Below are positions 50,681 through 59,815 of a stretch of 64,000 nt of DNA, one piece after another. The position numbers and the translations under genes were made by a program. The stretch's first letter is position 1, and the number at the start of each line of letters is the position of its first letter. The notes under the pieces are model-generated. The model worked only from the letters and a program-made list of their open reading frames with translations, was not told where the DNA came from and did not search any database. Source of the stretch: an uncultured delta proteobacterium (GTDB lineage: Bacteria > Desulfobacterota > Binatia > HRBIN30 > BPIQ01); NCBI GenBank assembly GCA_963761335.1, contig CAVXGR010000012.1, forward strand, positions 256,001 through 320,000, read 5' to 3'.

Positions 50681-51987
50681 AGATAGCCGTCGTCGGAGCC
50701 AACGTAGATCACTGCCCCGTCTCCCGATACCGCCGGTGAGGAGCGCACCGACCCTCCGGTGGCGAAGGTCCAGAGCAGCTCGAGGGCCTCTCCCGATCCC
50801 GGATCGCGAAGGGCATAGACGACACCGTCGTCGGCGCCAAAGACGATCGTCCCGTCCTCGGTGACCGCCGGCGACGAGCGCACGGCGCTGCCTCCGGGAA
50901 CCGAGAAGGTCCGCAGCACCTGGAGATCGCTGTTGAAGGCGCGGACGATGCCGTCGGTCCCCGGAAGATAGATGGTGCCGTCGGCGCCGATTGCCGGCGA
51001 CGCCTCGAAGGGCGCGCCGCTTTCCGCGGCGAACTCCGCCGTCGCCGCCCCGGCGGCATTGACCGCAAAGACGGCGCCGGTGGTGTCGGCGATGTAGATG
51101 CGGCCGGCGGCGTCGATCGCCGGGGACGCGTTCATCGGCCCGCGTGCAGTGAAGGCCCACTGCGTCTGACCGGTCACCGGCATTACCGCGAAGAGCTGGC
51201 GGGTGTCGGTGGTGCCCGCGTAGTACACCGTGCCGTCGCTGCCGAGGGCCGGCGAGGCGCGCACCTGCGCCATCAGCGACGACCAGCGGAGCACCAGGTT
51301 CGGGCACAGAGCGTAGAGGCCGCCGGTCACCGAGCCCACGTACACCACCCCCAGATTGGACGGATCGCTGCCGATGGAGACGGACGCGGCCAGAAAGCCG
51401 ATGAGCAGCGAGCGCGTCCTTGCCCCGGAGCCATCGGCGGCGTTCAGGGTGTAGAGGCCGCCATCCCCCGAGGTGATGAAGATCTGCTGACTGGCATCGA
51501 TGGCCGGAGAGCTGGTGATCGAGGCGTCGGTGGGAAAACCGGGCGTGCAGTGACCGGCCGGGTCCCCCGGGCAATCGGCATCGGTGGTGCACACGCCGCG
51601 CAGGTTGGTGCCGCCGTCACACAGTTTCCACTCGTTCGCTCCCTGGTCGCCGGTGAAGGCATACAGCTTGCCGTCGGAGGAGCCGACGTAAACATCTCCC
51701 CCCTTGCCGATCGACGGCGAGGAAGCCACGGCGCCGCCGGTCAGCTGCCGCCAGCGGCAGCGACCGGCACCGGCCGCACAGCTCTCGAACGAGTCGCTGG
51801 CCGGAGCCTCGGTAGCCGCGGCCGTCACCGGAGCAAGACCGGTGTTCTGCGCATCGTGGCGGAACTTCGGCCAGGCGGAGGACGCCAGTGGGCTGCCACC
51901 CTCGAGGCTGCAGGTGAGCGCACCCCCGCTGCCGCAGGCGCTGAGCGCCGCAGCGAGGAAGAGCCAGAGCAACTGCCGGTGATTCAT
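50662..51987 (-). CDS. PQQ-binding-like beta-propeller lipoprotein
   Basis: LSAC lipobox, WPKFRHDAQNTG, repeated SSPA...G.IY.GS.DG.LYA; one 4-Cys insert. Confidence 0.85.
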   Translation of the reverse strand: MNHRQLLWLFLAAALSACGSGGALTCSLEGGSPLASSAWPKFRHDAQNTGLAPVTAAATEAPASDSFESCAAGAGRCRWRQLTGGAVASSPSIGKGGDVYVGSSDGKLYAFTGDQGANEWKLCDGGTNLRGVCTTDADCPGDPAGHCTPGFPTDASITSSPAIDASQQIFITSGDGGLYTLNAADGSGARTRSLLIGFLAASVSIGSDPSNLGVVYVGSVTGGLYALCPNLVLRWSSLMAQVRASPALGSDGTVYYAGTTDTRQLFAVMPVTGQTQWAFTARGPMNASPAIDAAGRIYIADTTGAVFAVNAAGAATAEFAAESGAPFEASPAIGADGTIYLPGTDGIVRAFNSDLQVLRTFSVPGGSAVRSSPAVTEDGTIVFGADDGVVYALRDPGSGEALELLWTFATGGSVRSSPAVSGDGAVIYVGSDDGYLYSLRF

Positions 51988-51992
51988 ACTCC

Positions 51993-53531
51993 TCAGCCTC
52001 CGCCGATTGCGTAGAGGAATCCGTCGTCGGAGCCGATGTAGACGGTTCCGTCGGCGGCCATCGCCGGTGAGCCGTGGATGGCTCCCAGCGCCGTGCAGCT
52101 TCCGCCGGGGCCGCAGTCCGCGTCGGTATCGCACGGACCGAGACCAGCGTCGCCGCCGGAGCAGAAGCGCGACAGCGACCAGCGCACCTTCACCAGCCCA
52201 TCCGCGTCCGCAGCCGGAAAGCAGGTGCTCGACGGATCGCCGGGACACTCGGCGTCGCTTCGACACGGCTGTCCGATCGCATCGCCGCCGAGGCAGAGGC
52301 GGCGCTGAACCGCGAACAGGGTGGCGGGGGTGCCCGCCGGAGGTGCGGTGGCAAAGACGATGGAGCCGTCCACGCCTGTGGACGGAGAGCCGCTCACCGG
52401 CGCTCCCGCCTCGAAGAGGCGGGGGTCACAGCTTCCCGACGGGCAATCGGCATCGACGGTACACGGCTCGCCGGCGCTCTCGCCTCCGAGGCACATCCCC
52501 GCCGCCTGTCCGGTCTTCTGGTTGAGCACGTAGAGCGCGCCCGCGGAGTCGACCACGGCCAGCTCCTCGACCAGCTGCGCCACGATGTTGCGCGTCTGAA
52601 AGGCCGGCGGGCCGGCGGGGGGGCTCTCCATGTCGAAACGCGCCCCCCAGGCCTCGCTCTCGTCGGGATTGATGGCGACCACCTGGCCGAGGCCATCGGC
52701 GGCGGTGAGCACCTGGAAGAGGACGTCGACGCCGACCGCCGGAGCGGCTGCGGGTGAGACCGTGGCGGTGCCGTGGGGAAAGCGAAAGACGCCGATCGAG
52801 CCCTGGCGGCTGAAACCGATCAGGCCGACATCGGAGAAGGCGGAGTAGACCACCCCGTTCTGATCGATCGCCGCAGGACCGGCCAGACCGCCGCCGGCCA
52901 AGTAGGACCAACGCAGCTCGCCGGCGGCGCCACCGATCGCGAAGAAGTGCCCGTCCGCGGAGCCGAAGAAAACCGCGGAGGTGCGGTTCTCCACCACGTC
53001 GACGTCCAGAAGCGGTGAGAAGCGCACCGCGGCACCCCCTTGCCCCGTGGCGCCCTGGCAGGCACCGCTTCGCCCCGTGTCGAAGCACCAGATCTGCGCG
53101 CCGCTCGAATCCACCGCGAAGACGCGGCCGTCCTCCGTTCCGAAGTAGACGTTGTCGTTCGTATCTACCGCCGGCGACGAGTCGACCGGGGCAATCGCCG
53201 GGGCGCCGCTCGAAGGGAAGGACCAACGCACCGAGCCGTCGGGATTCACGGCCACCAGCCTTCCCTCGGGGGCGCCGGCCGTCGATTCGACGGTTGCGTA
53301 GACAATGCCATGGACGCCGACGGCCGGCGTGGTGCCGAGCGGGCCGCCGAGGTCGGTGCGCCACTTCAGGTTGCCGGCGTTGTTGGTCAGATCGAAGCCG
53401 GCGCCGCTGTTGCGGCTGTCGGCCCGAGAGCGGCTCCACTGCGGCTGCGGTGCCAGCAGGGTGCCGGAGCCACCGGAGCCGCAGCCGACAACGAGCCCGG
53501 CGAGAAGGACAAAGGCGAGTGGGCGCTGCAT
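51993..53531 (-). CDS. PQQ-binding-like beta-propeller lipoprotein
   Basis: VVGC lipobox, W...RAD.RNSG, repeated propeller blades; three 4-Cys inserts. Confidence 0.85.
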   Translation of the reverse strand: MQRPLAFVLLAGLVVGCGSGGSGTLLAPQPQWSRSRADSRNSGAGFDLTNNAGNLKWRTDLGGPLGTTPAVGVHGIVYATVESTAGAPEGRLVAVNPDGSVRWSFPSSGAPAIAPVDSSPAVDTNDNVYFGTEDGRVFAVDSSGAQIWCFDTGRSGACQGATGQGGAAVRFSPLLDVDVVENRTSAVFFGSADGHFFAIGGAAGELRWSYLAGGGLAGPAAIDQNGVVYSAFSDVGLIGFSRQGSIGVFRFPHGTATVSPAAAPAVGVDVLFQVLTAADGLGQVVAINPDESEAWGARFDMESPPAGPPAFQTRNIVAQLVEELAVVDSAGALYVLNQKTGQAAGMCLGGESAGEPCTVDADCPSGSCDPRLFEAGAPVSGSPSTGVDGSIVFATAPPAGTPATLFAVQRRLCLGGDAIGQPCRSDAECPGDPSSTCFPAADADGLVKVRWSLSRFCSGGDAGLGPCDTDADCGPGGSCTALGAIHGSPAMAADGTVYIGSDDGFLYAIGGG

Positions 53532-53610
53532 CGCGACCCCATTGTCACAGCAGACCGCCAAACTCAATCCGCAGGCTCGCGGCAGGCGCCGTGGCCGCGC
53601 CCCCCGTGGA

Positions 53611-54138
53611 TCAGAGCGCCGGCCGCTGCGCCAGCAGGCGTGCCAGAAAGACCGGCTCGCCGCCGTCCGCGAAGCGCCCCTCTTCGTAGCGCAGCACCCG
53701 CAGGTCGTCGAAGAGTCGCAGCAGCTCGTTGTGTCCGAGAGTGAAGGCGGGGTTGCGCGGATGCCCGAGCTGCAACTGATCCTCGATGAAGGTCTCGAAG
53801 AGCAGCATGCCGCCGGGGCGCAGCGCCGCTTTCATCGCGGGTACCAGCGAGCGCTGCAGGTAGCGGACGTTGACAATCACGTCGAACGAACAGCGCGCCA
53901 GCGGATAGCTCTCGAGATCCGCCTGCACGGCCAGCACCTCGACTCCACTTGCGATGGCGGCGGAACGGGCGCGGCGCAGCGCTTGCGGAGATCGATCGAT
54001 GCCGACGACCGCGTGGCCCCGCCGCGCCAGAAAGACGGCGTTGCGCCCCTCGCCCATGGCGACATCGAGAACGCGGCCGGGGGGAAGCAGCTCGGCGACG
54101 CGGGCCAGAAAGACGGACGGAGAGCAAGCCGCGGACAT
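53611..54138 (-). CDS. Class I SAM-dependent methyltransferase (TehB-like)
   Basis: VLDVAMGEGRNAVFLA, GIDRS, ALRPGG, NPAFTL..NELL. Confidence 0.88.
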   Translation of the reverse strand: MSAACSPSVFLARVAELLPPGRVLDVAMGEGRNAVFLARRGHAVVGIDRSPQALRRARSAAIASGVEVLAVQADLESYPLARCSFDVIVNVRYLQRSLVPAMKAALRPGGMLLFETFIEDQLQLGHPRNPAFTLGHNELLRLFDDLRVLRYEEGRFADGGEPVFLARLLAQRPAL

Positions 54139-54148
54139 CTCAGGCAAC

Positions 54149-54868
54149 TCAGGCGACCGCCCGCGCCAGAACGAATACGTCGACGTTGGCGGCGCCGGCA
54201 GCTCGCAGCGTGCGACTGCACTCGTTGGTGGTGGCGCCCGAGGTATAGACGTCATCCACCAGAAGCACACGGCGGCGGGCGACGCGGGCCCGATCGGCGA
54301 CGGCGAAGGCGCCGCGAACGTTGCGGCGGCGCTGCCTCCCCTCGAGGCCGACCTGCGGAGGAGTTGCACGGACGCGCTCGAGGGCGAACGGATCGATGAC
54401 CAGACCGAGGCGCCCCGCCAGAGTCTCCGCCAAGAGCTGCGCCTGGTTGAAGCCGCGCCAGCGAAGACGCCGCAGGTGCAGCGGCACTGGCACGATCAGA
54501 TCGTATGCGTCGGTTGCGAAGGGGAAGCGCGCGGCGAAGACCGCGCCCAGGGCGCCGGCGAGGTGGAGCTCGCGGCCGTACTTGTACCGGTGCAGGACGG
54601 TGCCCAGAGGACTCCGCTCCTCCGCGTGCGCCGCGTAGAGAGCGCCGGCGGCGGCGCGGCGGAAGTAGCGCCGCTCGGAAATACAGGCGCGACAGAGCGG
54701 CGCGGCAGCAATCCCGGAAAGAGGCAAGCCGCAGCAGCGGCAGCTCGGAGCCGGCGGCACCTCGATCCGCCCCAGGCAGGCGCTGCAGAAACGCGGCGGA
54801 TGCGGCGCCGCGCATCCCGGGCAGCTCGGCGGAAACATCCAGTCGAGCGCCGTCGACCAGAGAGACAT
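54149..54868 (-). CDS. comF: ComF family (double zinc ribbon + phosphoribosyltransferase) protein
   Basis: Four CxxC pairs, PVPLH..R...RGFNQ, LLVDDVYTSGAT. Confidence 0.9.
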   Translation of the reverse strand: MSLWSTALDWMFPPSCPGCAAPHPPRFCSACLGRIEVPPAPSCRCCGLPLSGIAAAPLCRACISERRYFRRAAAGALYAAHAEERSPLGTVLHRYKYGRELHLAGALGAVFAARFPFATDAYDLIVPVPLHLRRLRWRGFNQAQLLAETLAGRLGLVIDPFALERVRATPPQVGLEGRQRRRNVRGAFAVADRARVARRRVLLVDDVYTSGATTNECSRTLRAAGAANVDVFVLARAVA

Positions 54869-54987
54869 GGCGTGATGATATTCCCCGGAGCGTCCCAAGG
54901 CGAGGTGTTGGGTGTTGAGGTGTTGGCTGTTGGGGACGTCGTGATCGTGCCGGGCGAAGACCTCAGCAGCTCGACACCTCGACGTGC

Positions 54988-55323
54988 TCACTCCGGTGGC
55001 CGATCATAGCTCTTCCAGGACCCTCTCTGCCGCAGGCGCTTCACTTCCGACGCGGTCTGCCGATGATTGCGGCCGAGGGCGCCGAGGAGCTGATTGGTCA
55101 TCTCCGCCGCCAGCTCGTCCTGGATCGAGCCGGCACCGCGCGGATCGGCGGAGAGGAAGGCGGAAATCTCGCCCTGGCTGTGGCCGGTGGCCTCGAAGGC
55201 GGCGAGGAGGTCAGGCAGGGCACTGCCTTCGGGCCGCGCCACATACAGCGCCCAGAGGGTCGTGCAGGCGGCGCATCGTCGGCGCCACCAGCCGGCGGGC
55301 CTGCGGCAGATATTGCAGCGCAT
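54988..55323 (-). CDS. Hypothetical protein with N-terminal CxxC-x9-CxxC
   Basis: MRCNICRRPAGWWRRRCAAC; plausible -10 element TACAAT just upstream. Confidence 0.65.
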   Translation of the reverse strand: MRCNICRRPAGWWRRRCAACTTLWALYVARPEGSALPDLLAAFEATGHSQGEISAFLSADPRGAGSIQDELAAEMTNQLLGALGRNHRQTASEVKRLRQRGSWKSYDRPPE

Positions 55324-55394
55324 GGGAGGGGATTGTAGCAAAGCCCGGCGCTGCGGACAGCCGCGGCCCTCCGCATCACCCGGCCCCTGCCGTT

Positions 55395-55423
55395 TTGACT
55401 GTGCCGGCGGGGCGTACTATAAA
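55395..55423 (+). promoter_or_regulatory. Near-consensus sigma70 promoter, probably leaderless
   Basis: TTGACT-N17-TATAAA-N6-GTG. Confidence 0.7.
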
Positions 55424-55429
55424 ATTTCC

Positions 55430-55603
55430 GTGCTCAAACGCTTTCTCGTGGGTTTCGTGATCGGCATGGCGCTCGCACACTGGTACTTGTACGACAGCGG
55501 TCCAGCATTCACCGGCGTCAACAGCTGGTTCCAGCGTTCGAAGGATAACTACACGGACCAGAAAACCCACGACGCCGCCGGCAGAATACTCGACAACCGT
55601 TGA
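55430..55603 (+). CDS. Small membrane-anchored hypothetical protein (57 aa)
   Basis: MLKRFLVGFVIGMALAHWYLYDSG...; starts at the predicted transcription start and ends 2 nt before the CoA-transferase ATG. Confidence 0.6.
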   Translation: MLKRFLVGFVIGMALAHWYLYDSGPAFTGVNSWFQRSKDNYTDQKTHDAAGRILDNR

Positions 55604-55605
55604 GT

Positions 55606-56799
55606 ATGCCGGGCGCCCTCCATGGCGTCCGCGTCGTCGATCTGACGCGCGTGATCGCCGGTCCATACTGCACGAGCATCCTCGCCGACATGGGTGCGGA
55701 AGTGATCAAAATCGAGCTGCCCGGACGGGGCGACGACGCCCGCTACGGCTACCCCACCGTCGAGGACGAGCCGGTGGCCTTTCTGGCGCTCAATCGCAAC
55801 AAGAAGGGCATCACCCTCGACGTGCGCACCGAGGACGGCAAGGCGCTGTTGCGGCGGCTGCTCAGCCATGCCGACGTGCTGGTGGAGAACTTCGCCGCCG
55901 GCACCATGGATCGCTGGGGCCTCGGCTACGCCGACCTGCATCCGCAGTACCCGCGACTCGTCTATGCGGCGCTCTCCGGGTTTGGACGCGACGGCCCCTA
56001 CGCCGGCCGGACCTCCTACGACATCATCGCCCAGGCGATGGGTGGGCTGATGTCGCTCACCGGCTTTCCCGACGGGCCACCGACCCGGGGCGGCGGCTCG
56101 CTCGGCGACTTCATCGGAGGAATGGCACTGGCGGTCGGCATCCTCTGCGCGCTGCACCACCAGCAGCGCACCGGGGCCGGTCAGCTCGTCGACATCTCCA
56201 ACATGGACGCCGTCTTCACCATGCTCGACAATTGGCAGACGGTGTCCGCGATGACGGGACGGGCACCGCAGCGCTACGGCAATCGCCACCCGTTCACGGC
56301 TCCGTACGACTGCCATCTGGCCGCGGACGGCTACGTGGTCATCGGCGTCGGCAACAACGCCCTGTTTCGCAGCCTGATGGAGGCCATCGGCCGGCCGGAG
56401 CTCGGTCGTGACGAGCGCTTCCGCGGACCGCGGCAACGGCTGGCGCACTCCGCCGAGATCAACCGCATCGTCGGCGAGTGGGTGGCGGAGCGCAGCGTCG
56501 CTGCCGTCGTCGAGGCCCTCGGCCCCGATGGCGCCAACGTTCCGTGCGCCCCGGTGATGGACGTCGACGACCTGTTGGAGGATCCGCAGGTGCGGGCGCG
56601 GCAGATGCTGGTCTCGCTGCCGCATGAGAAGCTCGGCGAGGTACCGGTCACCGGAAGCCCGTACAAGCTATCGGCCACGCCGCCCCGCCTCGACCATCTC
56701 GGCCCTTCGCTGGGGCAGCACAACCACGAGGTGTACGCCGACATGCTCGGCTTGGCGCCAGAAGAGATCGACCGACTACGGACTGCAGGAGTGATTTGA
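55606..56799 (+). CDS. Family III CoA-transferase (CaiB/BaiF)
   Basis: L.GVRVVDLTRVIAGP, ADMGAEVIKIE, NRNKK, DVLVENF, YDIIAQAMGG. Confidence 0.93.
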   Translation: MPGALHGVRVVDLTRVIAGPYCTSILADMGAEVIKIELPGRGDDARYGYPTVEDEPVAFLALNRNKKGITLDVRTEDGKALLRRLLSHADVLVENFAAGTMDRWGLGYADLHPQYPRLVYAALSGFGRDGPYAGRTSYDIIAQAMGGLMSLTGFPDGPPTRGGGSLGDFIGGMALAVGILCALHHQQRTGAGQLVDISNMDAVFTMLDNWQTVSAMTGRAPQRYGNRHPFTAPYDCHLAADGYVVIGVGNNALFRSLMEAIGRPELGRDERFRGPRQRLAHSAEINRIVGEWVAERSVAAVVEALGPDGANVPCAPVMDVDDLLEDPQVRARQMLVSLPHEKLGEVPVTGSPYKLSATPPRLDHLGPSLGQHNHEVYADMLGLAPEEIDRLRTAGVI

Positions 56800-56800
56800 C

Positions 56801-57292
56801 ATGCCGGGAACAGTGCAAGAGCTACCCGTTTTGCAGAAGCTCAAGAAGGAGCTGGCCGATCTACAGTACGAGCTCCACAACAAGCTGCCGAAGGAGCTGG
56901 AGGCGGCTCGCGCCCACGGCGATCTGAGTGAGAATGCCGAGTACGACGCCTGCAAGGAGCGCCAGGGAATCCTCAACGCCCGCATTGGCCAGATGGCCTC
57001 CCGCATCCAGGAGCTGTCCATGTACAGCGTCAGCTCGATCCCCCACGGGGTCGTGGCCTACGGCACCCGGGTGACCATCGAGGACCTCGACGACGGCGAG
57101 TCGGCGACCTACGAGATCGTCTTCCCGGAGGAGGCGAACGTCGCCGCCGGCATGATCTCGGTGAACTCGCCAGTGGGCCGGGCGCTCCTCAACAAGGCCG
57201 AGGGAGACGAGATCGAGGTGCAGACACCCAAGGGAAAGAAGGCCTACCAGATCGTCTCCCTGCGCACTCTGCACGATCGGGCCACGGAGTAG
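56801..57292 (+). CDS. greA: Transcription elongation factor GreA
   Basis: ARAHGDLSENAEY, ISVNSPVGRALL. Confidence 0.93.
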   Translation: MPGTVQELPVLQKLKKELADLQYELHNKLPKELEAARAHGDLSENAEYDACKERQGILNARIGQMASRIQELSMYSVSSIPHGVVAYGTRVTIEDLDDGESATYEIVFPEEANVAAGMISVNSPVGRALLNKAEGDEIEVQTPKGKKAYQIVSLRTLHDRATE

Positions 57293-57353
57293 AGGGCGTC
57301 GGCGGCCTCCTGGAATAGGCGAGATCGCCCGCCGAGAGGGGGGCGGCGCCGCT

Positions 57354-57477
57354 CGAGAGACTGTCTCAAAACCGAACTAAAAGCGCCGTCCCGGAGCTTT
57401 CCGAAGCGGCAAGACGCCGCTTCTTCCTTGACCAGCAGGCCGGCGGAATCGTTTTGCCCGGATTTTGACACGGCCGC
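57354..57477. repeat. MITE-like element: imperfect terminal inverted repeats enclosing a REP family B doublet
   Basis: gagactgtctcaaaacc ... gattttgacacggccgc around aaagcgccgtcccggagcttt-cc-gaagcggcaagacgccgcttc. Confidence 0.45.
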
Positions 57478-57627
57478 TCGAACCGGGGGCGGCCCGGCCG
57501 GGCCTCGCCTGCCCATAAGTCTCGCAGTCCCGGGGGTTTCGACCGTCCGCGAGCCCCCCGGCACCGGCCGGGCAGCTTGCGGCATCTGACCCCCTGTGCT
57601 AAATCCGCCTTATCTTCAGGCCGTTCT

Positions 57628-57653
57628 GAGGTGGGCCTCGCGCCCACTTTTTT
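57628..57653 (+). promoter_or_regulatory. rimP leader hairpin / attenuator-like terminator
   Basis: GTGGGC-ctcgc-GCCCAC followed by TTTTTT, 13 nt before the rimP ATG. Confidence 0.75.
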
Positions 57654-57666
57654 ATTTGGTACAACA

Positions 57667-58149
57667 ATGCAGTCAGCGACGACCCAGCGCGTCTGGGCGC
57701 TTGTGGAGCCCATTGCCGGGGACAAGGGACTGGAAATCGTGGATATCGAGCTACATCGGGAAGGACGCGGAAACGTCCTGCGCGTCTATATGGACGGCCA
57801 GGGAGGCGGCGGGGTCGATCTGGAAACCCTCAGCCAGGTCAGTCGGGAGCTCAGCGCCGTCCTCGATGTCGACGACACCATCCCCGGTCGATATACTCTC
57901 GAGGTGTCCTCACCGGGCATCAATCGCCGCTTGCGGGTTCCGGAGCAGTTCCGCCGCTACATCGGTCAGCGGGTGCGGGTGCGTTCGACCGAGCCCATCG
58001 GCGGGCGCCGGACGTTTCTCGGCACCCTCGTCGCGGTTCAGGCGGACGGCGTCGTGGTGGACACCGACGGACACGAGAGCTTCGTGCCCTTCGCATCGGT
58101 TGCGCAGGCAAACTATGAGTACGATTTCGGCGCCGACCACGGCCATTGA
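57667..58149 (+). CDS. rimP: Ribosome maturation factor RimP
   Basis: LRVYMD, YTLEVSSPGINR.L. Confidence 0.95.
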   Translation: MQSATTQRVWALVEPIAGDKGLEIVDIELHREGRGNVLRVYMDGQGGGGVDLETLSQVSRELSAVLDVDDTIPGRYTLEVSSPGINRRLRVPEQFRRYIGQRVRVRSTEPIGGRRTFLGTLVAVQADGVVVDTDGHESFVPFASVAQANYEYDFGADHGH

Positions 58150-58170
58150 TCAGGTGCGCTAGGAGGCACG

Positions 58171-59531
<1,361 letters not shown>

Positions 59532-59535
<4 letters not shown>

Positions 59536-59810
59536 GGGGCCGGGAGCACGTCCCAGTTCGCTCCTGCACCGGCTGTGGAGAGCGCGCCCCGCAGAGGGAC
59601 CTGGTCCGCTTCGTCTCGCGCGGAGCCGATCTGGATCTCGATCTGCACAGAGCCACCAGCGGTCGGGGCGCCTACCTGCACCCACGGGCCGCCTGCTGGG
59701 ATCGCTTCATCGCCCGCAAGCCGCCGCTGCGCTCACTGCGGCGCTCGGTGGATCGCCGCCGGCGCGAAGAGCTGGTTGAACGGCTGCGTCAGGCGGCTAC
59801 GAGAGGTTGA
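59532..59810 (+). CDS. ylxR: YlxR/RnpM family protein
   Basis: PVRSCTGC...LVRFV...GRGAYL...C. Confidence 0.9.
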
Positions 59811-59815
59811 ACTCG

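Noticed and set aside
57293..57660. tRNA or other structured RNA gene between greA and rimP
   Set aside because: No cloverleaf, T-loop GTTCGA context or CCA end was found; only REP-like hairpins and the rimP leader.
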